Shown one piece after another: positions 19,318 through 27,273 of a stretch of DNA of 32,000 nt. Source of the DNA: Psychrobacter sp. HD31 (GTDB lineage: Bacteria > Pseudomonadota > Gammaproteobacteria > Pseudomonadales > Moraxellaceae); contig NZ_CP142525.1 of the NCBI RefSeq assembly GCF_051097895.1, positions 2,010,001 to 2,042,000 on the forward strand, written 5' to 3'. The notes under the pieces are model-generated. The model ran no database searches. It was not told the origin of the DNA and saw nothing but the letters and a program-made list of their open reading frames with translations. The number at the start of each line of letters is the position of its first letter. Position 1 is the first letter of the stretch. The position numbers and the translations under genes were made by a program.

Positions 19318-20745
19318 TTGAGCCAGTATCAAAAAAGTTATGTGCGTAGTTTGCTTATGAGCCAGTATCAAAAAAGTTATGTGCGTAGTTTGCTTATTAT
19401 AAAAGCGATACTTATGTTAGCTGTTGCTAGTGTCACGACCTCTTGTAATCTTTCTGCTAACTCTAATTTACATCAAGTTAACTCAACCTCACCCAAACCT
19501 GTGACGACTAATAAGCAAAATGCCATTAACTCGCAAAAACCAAAACCTACTAAGAAAGATAATCACGGAATAGGTAAAGACTTTGCTGTTTTAAAGGTAG
19601 ATGCTGCGACAAAAGCCGATAATTTAAGCGCCAAAAAAACGTCTGACTGGCAATGGCAATTACCTGTTTATTTTCCTGAACCAAACGTACCTAAAGATAA
19701 CCCTATGACTAAAGCTAAGGTGGCACTCGGTCGACATCTTTTTTATGACAAGCGATTATCTATTAACGGAGAATTTAGTTGTGCTAGTTGTCACTTGCAA
19801 GAGCTGGCTTTTACTGATGGACGAGCAACTTCTATAGGTGCCACAGGTGAAGTGCATCCTCGAAGTAGTTTGGGGTTGGCTAATGTTGCTTATATGCCAA
19901 CGCTTAATTGGGCAAACCCAGCGGTTACTAAGTTAGAAGACCAACTATTAACGCCCATGTTTGGAGAAATGCCTCGTGAGATGGGTTTAACGGATGAGCA
20001 CTTTAAAAAAGTGCAACAGACTTTCGCTAAAGATGAAAAATATCGAGCATTGTTTAGTAAAGCCTTTGGCGAAGATCAGCTATTTGATAAAGCAGATTCA
20101 TTTAGCCTTGAATATATCTCTAAAGCCATAGCCAGTTTTGAGCGAAGTATCATCTCTGCTGATAGTAAGTTTGATCGACATATGCAAGGCAAAGTAAAAC
20201 TCAGCGATAGTGAAATGAGAGGCAAAACACTATTTTTTGGGGAGAAAGCAGAATGCCATCATTGCCATGGCAGTTTTAATTTCAATGATCAAGTCATCCA
20301 CAGCAAATCTAGAGTTGTGCCCATTCGTTTTCATAATACGGGGATGTATTATCTGGATGAACTTGGTAGTTATATTGAAAATAATGAAGGTTTATATGAG
20401 ATTACTGCAAATAATGATGATAAAGGGAAGTTTAAAGCACCAAGTCTCAGAAATGTTGCTGTTACTGCACCTTATAATCATGATGGCAGTACGAAGACGC
20501 TTGAAGAGGTGGTCGCTAATTATGCTCATGGTGGGCGTATCATTCACTTAACAGAAGACCCAAAGTCTGATAAAATTAATGGCAATAATATTGGCGATGG
20601 GCGCTTTAATCCAAATAAATCAGATTTAATTGTACGTATCGATTTAACACCTGATGAACAAGCTGATATTGTTGCCTTTTTAAGGACATTAACCGATGAA
20701 ACATTACTCACAAATCCTAACTACTCTGATCCTTTTATCAAGTAG
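19318..20745 (+). CDS. mbnH: MbnH-family di-heme cytochrome c peroxidase/MauG-like enzyme
   Basis: Two CxxCH heme motifs (SCASCH and CHHCH) plus the CCP/MauG-like blocks LFYDKRLS and APSLRNVAVTAPYNHDGS. I prefer the TTG at 19318, which has AGGAG 7 nt upstream. Alternatives are the ATG at 19357, formed by the repeat junction, and the longest-ORF TTG at 19282. Confidence 0.8.
   Translation: MSQYQKSYVRSLLMSQYQKSYVRSLLIIKAILMLAVASVTTSCNLSANSNLHQVNSTSPKPVTTNKQNAINSQKPKPTKKDNHGIGKDFAVLKVDAATKADNLSAKKTSDWQWQLPVYFPEPNVPKDNPMTKAKVALGRHLFYDKRLSINGEFSCASCHLQELAFTDGRATSIGATGEVHPRSSLGLANVAYMPTLNWANPAVTKLEDQLLTPMFGEMPREMGLTDEHFKKVQQTFAKDEKYRALFSKAFGEDQLFDKADSFSLEYISKAIASFERSIISADSKFDRHMQGKVKLSDSEMRGKTLFFGEKAECHHCHGSFNFNDQVIHSKSRVVPIRFHNTGMYYLDELGSYIENNEGLYEITANNDDKGKFKAPSLRNVAVTAPYNHDGSTKTLEEVVANYAHGGRIIHLTEDPKSDKINGNNIGDGRFNPNKSDLIVRIDLTPDEQADIVAFLRTLTDETLLTNPNYSDPFIK
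19319..19396. repeat. Perfect 39-bp tandem duplication covering the first codons of mbnH
   Basis: tgagccagtatcaaaaaagttatgtgcgtagtttgctta occurs at 19319-19357 and again at 19358-19396. It is translated as SQYQKSYVRSLL twice. Confidence 0.95.
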
Positions 20746-20968
20746 TTTATTGTTTATAAACATTGCACATGCTTGCCAATTTCATGCTGATGGTGAGCAT
20801 GATAACGAGTTAACCTCATGGTTAAACTTGAGTACCACTCAAAATATTAGCCCTAGTGCAAATCAAAGAAACATTATTTCTAGTCATAAGCAAGCATCTG
20901 CAAAATCTAACAAAAATGATGGAGTTGCAACTTCAATTCAACAGTGGTTATCTGACGTAGTCAATTAG
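20696..20968 (+). CDS. Small secreted protein of unknown function (Cys/His/acidic N-terminus after signal cleavage)
   Basis: 90-aa ORF with AAGGA 9 nt upstream of the ATG. The signal peptide is MKHYSQILTTLILLSSSLLFINIAHA|CQFHADGEHD. The remainder is S/N/Q-rich. It overlaps the last 50 nt of mbnH in another frame. Confidence 0.4.
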   Translation: MKHYSQILTTLILLSSSLLFINIAHACQFHADGEHDNELTSWLNLSTTQNISPSANQRNIISSHKQASAKSNKNDGVATSIQQWLSDVVN

Positions 20969-21101
20969 ATTTTTGTGTGGGTTTAATGCCTCTTTATTTC
21001 TTATATGTGATATTAAATTAACATAAGTATGGCGTTTTAAGCCTGCTTTTGTTACTTACTGTATCTAATTGTTGTCGCCGTTTTTAAACACTCATTTACT
21101 A

Positions 21102-21110
21102 TGTTAAAAT
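21102..21110 (+). promoter_or_regulatory. Putative extended -10 promoter element (TGtTAAAAT) for murG
   Basis: TGnTAAAAT lies 55 nt upstream of the murG GTG. Confidence 0.3.
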
Positions 21111-21164
21111 CACAGCATTAAAATCAGCTTCTATTGTATTTTGTATATCTTAAAGGACGCACAG

Positions 21165-22268
21165 GTGAGTCAACATAACCATAAAACACCACCACAAGTA
21201 TTGATGATGGCAGCAGGCACTGGTGGGCATGTTTTTCCTGCTTTAGCAGTTGCTGATGAGCTGGTTAAACGAGGTGCAACGATCCATTGGTTGGGCACAC
21301 CAACAGGGATGGAAAACGGATTAGTCAAACCAACAGGGTATCAGTTTCATCCGATACAAATGCAGGGACTTAGAGGCAAAGGCATTGGTCGACTTATTAA
21401 ACTGCCACTGACACTTTTTAATGCCGTTGCTCAAGCAAAAGCCGTTATAAAAAATAATAAAATTGATGTTGTCGTTGGTTTTGGTGGTTACGTTACCGCA
21501 CCAGGTGGGCTGGCTGCCAAAATATTAGGCATACCCCTGATCATTCATGAACAAAATGCTATTGCTGGCATGAGTAACCGTTATCTTTCTAAAATTGCCA
21601 GTAAAGTGTTACAAGCATTTGATAAAACATTTGCACATAGCAACAAGGTGCATACGGTCGGTAACCCTGTACGAGAGGCAATAACGCAAATTGATGTGCC
21701 AGAAGTCCGTTATCGTCAGTCAAATGCAAAAAAAGCACAACTAAAACTGTTGGTGATTGGTGGTTCTCTGGGTGCGCAAGCACTTAATGAAAATGTGCCT
21801 AAAGCACTGGAATTAATGGAAAAACCAGTTGTTGTAAGGCATCAATGTGGTAATCACAATTTTGAGGCAACGACCCAAAGCTACCAAGATGTTGATAAAG
21901 CTTTACATGATGTGACGATTAGCCCCTTTATTAGTGATATGGCCGCTGCGTATGCCTGGGCAGATGCGATTGTATGCCGAGCAGGGGCGTTAACAGTGAC
22001 TGAAATCCAAAATGTTGGTTTGCCAGCAATTTTTGTGCCTTTGCCTCATGCCGTGGATGACCATCAAACAGCCAATGCTAACTTCTTGGCGAAAGCCGAT
22101 GCTGCCTACTTATTGCCACAAAATCAGCTTACGGGAGCAAGTTTAAAAGACAAGCTAATGAGCTTAGACACAAATACTTGCTTAAGTATGGCACAACGTG
22201 GTCGAGCACAGGCAAACCCAAAATCTACCAACACGGTTGCCGATATTATTTGGCAATTTATAGGATAG
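21165..22268 (+). CDS. murG: Undecaprenyldiphospho-muramoylpentapeptide beta-N-acetylglucosaminyltransferase
   Basis: MMAAGTGGHVFPALAVA, the GGSLGA motif, and the C-terminal region VCRAGALTVTE...DDHQTANA. I prefer the GTG at 21165, which has AAAGGA 7 nt upstream. The longest ORF starts at TTG 21141. Confidence 0.9.
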   Translation: MSQHNHKTPPQVLMMAAGTGGHVFPALAVADELVKRGATIHWLGTPTGMENGLVKPTGYQFHPIQMQGLRGKGIGRLIKLPLTLFNAVAQAKAVIKNNKIDVVVGFGGYVTAPGGLAAKILGIPLIIHEQNAIAGMSNRYLSKIASKVLQAFDKTFAHSNKVHTVGNPVREAITQIDVPEVRYRQSNAKKAQLKLLVIGGSLGAQALNENVPKALELMEKPVVVRHQCGNHNFEATTQSYQDVDKALHDVTISPFISDMAAAYAWADAIVCRAGALTVTEIQNVGLPAIFVPLPHAVDDHQTANANFLAKADAAYLLPQNQLTGASLKDKLMSLDTNTCLSMAQRGRAQANPKSTNTVADIIWQFIG

Positions 22269-22345
22269 TTTGTTGTAAAATACACCTAAGTTATTACAAA
22301 TCATATTTACTTCATATTTAAAACTGATTATATAAAGAGAACATT

Positions 22346-23776
22346 ATGCCAACACCTGCCTTACCAAAACGATTAATTGAGATCCCAGAAATGCGTCGCA
22401 TTGGTCAAATACATTTTGTTGGCATTGGTGGTGCTGGCATGTGTGGTATTGCTGAGGTAATGAAAAACCAAGGCTATGCGGTTAGTGGTTCTGATATTAA
22501 AGAAAGTGCGGTAACGGATCGACTTAAACAAATTGGCATTGACGTGTTTATTGGGCATGATTCTAAAAATGTTAAAAACGCTGATGTTGTTGTTGTGTCT
22601 TCAGCGATTGATCGTACCAACCCCGAAATACAATCGGCTTTAGCAGCACGTATTCCTGTTGTTCGTCGTGCGGATATGCTTGGTGAGCTAATGAGATATC
22701 GTCATGGTATTGCAGTGGCAGGAGCCCATGGTAAAACGACCACCACAAGCTTATTAACGATGATGATGACCGAAGCTGAATTAGATCCAACTTATGTTAT
22801 TGGTGGTAAGTTAAATGCTTCGGGCAAAAATGCGGCTATGGGTCAAAGTCGGTTTTTAGTTGCCGAAGCCGATGAATCGGATGCTTCATTTTTATCGTTG
22901 CGTCCAATGGCTGCCATCGTGACAAATATTGATGAAGACCACATGGAAACCTATGAAAACAGTTACGATAAATTGAAAGCGGCCTATATCCGTTTTTTAC
23001 ATAATATGCCGTTTTATGGGCTGGCAGTTATCTGTGGTGATGACAAAGATTTGTATGGCATGATAGATGACATTGCGCGTCCAACACTTACCTTTGGGTT
23101 AGAAGAACATAATGATGTACGTGCCGTAGATGTCAAAACAGAAGGTACTAAAACGCATTTTACGGTATTACGTAAAGATAGAGAGCCGTTAGCCTTAACG
23201 TTAAATATCCCTGGCATACATAATGTGCAAAATGCGTTGGCAGCCATTACAATGGCAACGGATGAAGGGGTGGATGATGCTGCTATTGTGCGTGCGCTAG
23301 ATAAATTTGCAGGTGTTGGTCGACGTTTTGAGCAAAATGCCTGTGTAAAAAAAGAAGATGGCGATATTCTATTGATTGATGATTATGGTCATCATCCCGT
23401 TGAAGTAGAGGCAACCATTAAAGCCGCTCGTCAAAGCTATCCAGATCGTCGTTTAGTGATGTTGTTCCAGCCACACCGTTATAGCCGTACGCGAGATTGT
23501 TATGATGATTTTGTAAAAGTATTATCACAAGTTGATGAGCTGTTACTGCTAGATGTTTATTCTGCTGGAGAAGAGCCAATTGTCGGTGCTGATTCTAAAT
23601 CACTGGCGCGTAGTATCCGTCATCGTGGCGAAGTTGAACCAACAATTATTGATAAAGATAACTTAAAAGCTGTGATGCAACGCGTGTTAAAAGCAAACGA
23701 TTTGTTAATTACGCAAGGCGCAGGTAATGTTGGTCAGGTATGTACAGAACTGGCAGAAAATAGCTTATATATTTAA
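22346..23776 (+). CDS. murC: UDP-N-acetylmuramate--L-alanine ligase
   Basis: 476 aa with [27 protein letters not shown] and DDYGHHP. Confidence 0.95.
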   Translation: MPTPALPKRLIEIPEMRRIGQIHFVGIGGAGMCGIAEVMKNQGYAVSGSDIKESAVTDRLKQIGIDVFIGHDSKNVKNADVVVVSSAIDRTNPEIQSALAARIPVVRRADMLGELMRYRHGIAVAGAHGKTTTTSLLTMMMTEAELDPTYVIGGKLNASGKNAAMGQSRFLVAEADESDASFLSLRPMAAIVTNIDEDHMETYENSYDKLKAAYIRFLHNMPFYGLAVICGDDKDLYGMIDDIARPTLTFGLEEHNDVRAVDVKTEGTKTHFTVLRKDREPLALTLNIPGIHNVQNALAAITMATDEGVDDAAIVRALDKFAGVGRRFEQNACVKKEDGDILLIDDYGHHPVEVEATIKAARQSYPDRRLVMLFQPHRYSRTRDCYDDFVKVLSQVDELLLLDVYSAGEEPIVGADSKSLARSIRHRGEVEPTIIDKDNLKAVMQRVLKANDLLITQGAGNVGQVCTELAENSLYI

Positions 23777-23829
23777 GCTTAATTATTTGATAATTTCCAC
23801 TATTTACCTTTTTTAAAAAGGACATTTGC

Positions 23830-24756
23830 ATGACAGAAAACATAAATCCGGAAAAGTTTGGCAAAGTTGCCGTTGTTTTTGGCGGTACAAGTAATGAGCG
23901 CTCAGTATCTTTAATGAGTGGTGAAGCGGTATTGAATGGTTTAAAAGAGAAAGGGATTGATGCCTATAAATTTGATCCAAAAGAACAAGATGTAATCGAG
24001 ATTCGTCAGTTTGACCGTGTGTTTAATGTGCTTCATGGTCGTGGTGGTGAAGACGGTGAGCTACAAGGTTTGTTGGATTGGTTAAAAATACCACAAACGG
24101 GATCGGGAGTTTTGGCTTCTTCATTGGGTATGGACAAGGTTCGTACTAAGCAACTATGGCTTGGCTGTGGTATTACACAAACTGCGCCTTTTATGCTATT
24201 AAATGATAATGATGATTTACAAAAAGTTGTTGATAACATTGGGTTGCCGGTTGTTATTAAACCAGTACACGAAGGCTCAAGTATTGGGATTAGTATTGTA
24301 AAAACGATTGATGAATTGCAAGGTGCGTATCAAAAAGCTGCCGACTGTGGTGATATTGTCATGGCAGAAAAGTTTATTGATGGCAAAGAGTTTTCTATTG
24401 TTATCATTGACGATGAAGCTTATCCAGTCATTGGTTGTAAACCTGCAGAAGATGCGGCATTTTATGATTTTGAAGCAAAGTATGTGCGTGAAGATACCGC
24501 CTTTTTTATCCCATGCGGGCTGGCAGAGGCTGAAGAAAAGCAACTACAAGCATTGTGTTTAAAAGCTTTTAAAGCTGTGGGGGCAAAAGGTTGGGGACGT
24601 GTCGACGCAATGCAAGATGCCGCTGGTAATTTTTGGTTGTTAGAGATTAATACTGTACCTGGGATGACCACCCATAGTTTTGTGCCAATGGCTGCCAAAG
24701 CAAACGGCATGGATTTTGCTGAAGTGTGTGTGCATATTTTGGCACAAACTTTATAG
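23830..24756 (+). CDS. ddl: D-alanine--D-alanine ligase
   Basis: 308 aa with VAVVFGGTSNERSVSL, NVLHGRGGEDGELQGLL, KPVHEGSSIGI and LEINTVPGMT. Confidence 0.95.
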   Translation: MTENINPEKFGKVAVVFGGTSNERSVSLMSGEAVLNGLKEKGIDAYKFDPKEQDVIEIRQFDRVFNVLHGRGGEDGELQGLLDWLKIPQTGSGVLASSLGMDKVRTKQLWLGCGITQTAPFMLLNDNDDLQKVVDNIGLPVVIKPVHEGSSIGISIVKTIDELQGAYQKAADCGDIVMAEKFIDGKEFSIVIIDDEAYPVIGCKPAEDAAFYDFEAKYVREDTAFFIPCGLAEAEEKQLQALCLKAFKAVGAKGWGRVDAMQDAAGNFWLLEINTVPGMTTHSFVPMAAKANGMDFAEVCVHILAQTL

Positions 24757-24823
24757 GATTCAATGGCTTTATGGATTTTGCCTGTTTCATACCCATCATA
24801 AACGTTTTGAAAGTGTAAAGGAA

Positions 24824-24832
24824 TGTTACAAT
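24824..24832 (+). promoter_or_regulatory. Putative extended -10 promoter element (TGtTACAAT) in the ddl-ftsQ spacer
   Basis: TGnTACAAT lies 171 nt upstream of the ftsQ ATG. The same ATGTTACAATAT string recurs upstream of lpxC. Confidence 0.3.
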
Positions 24833-24901
24833 ATGGATAAATGTTGCTCATTATCCTATGGTTATGATAAAAAATAAGTTATTATTAATCAGATTTGCCA
24901 A

Positions 24902-24944
24902 ATTGTTAGTACTGACTCAGTTTTAACGAGTTAGTACTAACAAT
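24902..24944 (+). other. Strong stem-loop or palindrome in the ddl-ftsQ spacer (predicted ftsQ 5' leader)
   Basis: ATTGTTAGTACTGACTC-agttttaac-GAGTTAGTACTAACAAT. This is a 17-bp stem with one G-U pair and a 9-nt loop. No T-run follows immediately. Confidence 0.7.
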
Positions 24945-25002
24945 AAGACAAACGTATTTTATTTACCTTGTTAATTTTTTTCCTGTTGTGATTTTTTGAT
25001 TT

Positions 25003-25701
25003 ATGCCTCAATTTGCGGTTCGGCTTGTATATGTTTTAGTAATTGCCATGATAGCATTTTGCTTAGGGATTGGTTACAAACTATACCAACAAGCCCCAAA
25101 AGCAAACATCTATGTCCACCCCGCGGGTCTTTCTCAGTCACAATATCATATCTTAAATACTAAAATGCAGACCAAGCAGCCGAGCATTGGTAGCTTTTTT
25201 AAAGCAAACTTACAAGTAATAAGAGATGATGTGACTGACTTTAGTTGGGTTGATGAAGTCAGTGTTAAACGTGATTGGCGACGAGGTATTGTTATAAAAG
25301 CGATACCAAGACAAGCAGTTGCCCGCTTTGGTAGTGAACGGTTAGTCGATGCAGAAGGTAAAGTTTTTGTACCAGCGAATGAATCATCATTGACGGTAAA
25401 ACCCTATACGACCTTGCAAGGCGATAGCGACCAAGCGGCAACCATTATGCTGCAGTTACAACATGTCAATACACTTTTTCAGCCACTTAATATGCAAGTT
25501 GAAGATATGATTTTGACGTCAAGACAAACTTGGTTAATCAAATTTAATACCGGTATGCGAGTAGTTGTAGATGGTGAAAATACTGCCCAAAAAATTATGA
25601 ATGTTAGTAATGTCTTACAAAGTCAATTGGCTGATAAAGTAAGTGACATACAAGTTATTGATGCCAGATACAAAAATGGGTTTTCGATAACTTGGCATTA
25701 G
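25003..25701 (+). CDS. ftsQ: Cell division protein FtsQ
   Basis: 232 aa. It has a short N-terminus plus a TM helix (LVYVLVIAMIAFCLGIG), then a POTRA/FtsQ-type domain (V.V.R.WP..I.I...). Confidence 0.8.
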   Translation: MPQFAVRLVYVLVIAMIAFCLGIGYKLYQQAPKANIYVHPAGLSQSQYHILNTKMQTKQPSIGSFFKANLQVIRDDVTDFSWVDEVSVKRDWRRGIVIKAIPRQAVARFGSERLVDAEGKVFVPANESSLTVKPYTTLQGDSDQAATIMLQLQHVNTLFQPLNMQVEDMILTSRQTWLIKFNTGMRVVVDGENTAQKIMNVSNVLQSQLADKVSDIQVIDARYKNGFSITWH

Positions 25702-25778
25702 TTGGCATACTAATGTTTTTTGTAAAAATACGTATGGCTATTTTACAAACAAAGTAAGTAACGTAATGATTTAAGTTA

Positions 25779-25787
25779 TGTTATATA
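25779..25787 (+). promoter_or_regulatory. Putative extended -10 promoter element (TGtTATATA) for ftsA
   Basis: TGnTATATA lies 74 nt upstream of the ftsA ATG. Confidence 0.25.
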
Positions 25788-25860
25788 AAGTAGGCATTGA
25801 CGCCGATGAATATTAAAAAAATGTATTATGATTCTTTAAGTTTAAGGTTTAACAATCGTC

Positions 25861-27147
25861 ATGAGTAATCCTGAAAATCTTGTTGTAGTTCACCTAAGTG
25901 CGACAGCCGTTTATGCAGTGATAGGGCAAATTCATGCGCCAGATGACATTAGAATACTTGGGTTAACTGAGGTTAAAACAAATGACTTTTATCAAGGTAG
26001 AATTATTGACCATGATAGATTAAAGGCTTCTATTAAACAGGCAATCCAAGAAGTGGAAGACATGGCAAATTGCCGTGTACACAGTGTTTGGTTAAGCTTG
26101 TCTACCCCTGAGTTATTAAGTAAAAACAGTTCTGGCACCGTAAACTTAGGTGAAGACCCAATATCTGTTAAAGATATTGTTGAAGCACTTGGGCAAGCAA
26201 AGGCAAGAGACTTACCGCATGATTATTACCTAATGCACCATATGCAGCAAGGTGTTTATATTAATAATGAGTCCATGGCGGTTGATAATCCAATTGGTAC
26301 TTATGCGGATATGATGACGGTCATGTATCATCTTATGATGTTACCAGTGGTTGGGTGCCGTAATATTGAGGATTTGTTTAGACCAACTAATGTACGCATC
26401 GACCACATGATTTTTGATGCGATATCTAGCTCTGAATATGGCTTGATTTCAGATGAAAAAGAGCAAGGTATTTGTTTTATTGATATTGGTGCTAGTACCA
26501 CCAGTGTGTGTGTTTATAAAGATAACAAACTTATTTTTACCTCATGTTTACCACACGGTAGTAACCAAGTAACCATGGATATTTCGGCGCATCTTGGATT
26601 ATCTATGATAGAAGCTGAAAACATTAAAAAAAGAAACGGGACGGTTGATATGCTAAGTATTGACCCCGCTAAGTTTATTAATGTTAGCCGCGATGGGGCA
26701 GAAGACCTGACGGTTAATATGCATGAGCTAACCTTAATTATTGAAGCACGTTATCGAGAAATTTATAAAGAAGTGTTTATAGAATTAGATAATGCAAATT
26801 TACTTAATTTTATTAAGCGTGGCGTTGTATTAAGTGGTGGCGGCAGTATGATTAAAGGGATGGTTTCTTTTTCAAAACGATTCTTAGAAGTCAACGTGAT
26901 GCTGGCAAATACTAATGATGCTATCAATGTAGTTGATAATATTGATGATGAAAAATTTCAACAAATTAATGCACTCATGAAGCAACCCGGTTTTAGAACG
27001 GCATTTGGTACTTTATTGTATAGCCAAAGTGAAGATTTTCGCCACAATGAGCATAGTTCGCCAGATGCACTATATAAAAATAGTAAAGCAAACGGCTTTA
27101 ATAGTGCCTTAAAAAGGTTGAATGAGTTTTTAAAACAGTGGTTGTGA
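25861..27147 (+). CDS. ftsA: Cell division protein FtsA
   Basis: 428 aa with an actin-like fold. Motifs include CFIDIGASTTSV and VLSGGGSMIKG. The position between ftsQ and ftsZ also fits. Confidence 0.9.
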   Translation: MSNPENLVVVHLSATAVYAVIGQIHAPDDIRILGLTEVKTNDFYQGRIIDHDRLKASIKQAIQEVEDMANCRVHSVWLSLSTPELLSKNSSGTVNLGEDPISVKDIVEALGQAKARDLPHDYYLMHHMQQGVYINNESMAVDNPIGTYADMMTVMYHLMMLPVVGCRNIEDLFRPTNVRIDHMIFDAISSSEYGLISDEKEQGICFIDIGASTTSVCVYKDNKLIFTSCLPHGSNQVTMDISAHLGLSMIEAENIKKRNGTVDMLSIDPAKFINVSRDGAEDLTVNMHELTLIIEARYREIYKEVFIELDNANLLNFIKRGVVLSGGGSMIKGMVSFSKRFLEVNVMLANTNDAINVVDNIDDEKFQQINALMKQPGFRTAFGTLLYSQSEDFRHNEHSSPDALYKNSKANGFNSALKRLNEFLKQWL

Positions 27148-27211
27148 GTAACACCAAGCTTTGTATAAAATAGTAGCAAAATATTTAAGTGATTTTGTAA
27201 GCAAAAGTCTT

Positions 27212-27217
27212 TATAAT
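27212..27217 (+). promoter_or_regulatory. Putative -10 hexamer (TATAAT) upstream of ftsZ
   Basis: Consensus TATAAT lies 57 nt upstream of the ftsZ ATG. The -35 candidate is weak (GTGATT at 17-nt spacing). Confidence 0.25.
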
Positions 27218-27273
27218 CGTAAAGAGAATTTATATATTAAATTAATAAGTTATTGAGTAATGGAGTGACATAT

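Noticed and set aside
19270-19396. Considered whether the direct repeats form a CRISPR array or minisatellite
   Set aside because: Each unit has only two copies, directly adjacent with no spacers, and there are no cas genes. These are simple tandem duplications.
19340-19402. Mini-ORFs MCVVCL* and MCVVCLL* encoded once per 39-bp repeat copy; considered as Cys-containing methanobactin-like precursor or leader peptides
   Set aside because: They are only 6-7 codons long with no SD and no leader/core architecture like MbnA, and there are no mbnB/mbnC genes in the window. They are most likely a by-product of the repeat sequence.
20237-20551. 104-aa plus-strand ORF in an alternative frame inside mbnH
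   Set aside because: It is fully nested in the conserved heme-2 region of mbnH. The product is Met/Ile/Leu-rich from AT-biased codons, with no SD or signal features.
24462-24851. 129-aa minus-strand ORF spanning the ddl 3' end and part of the ddl-ftsQ spacer
   Set aside because: It is mostly antisense to ddl, has no SD, and I recognise no domain. The spacer is better explained by promoter and hairpin elements.
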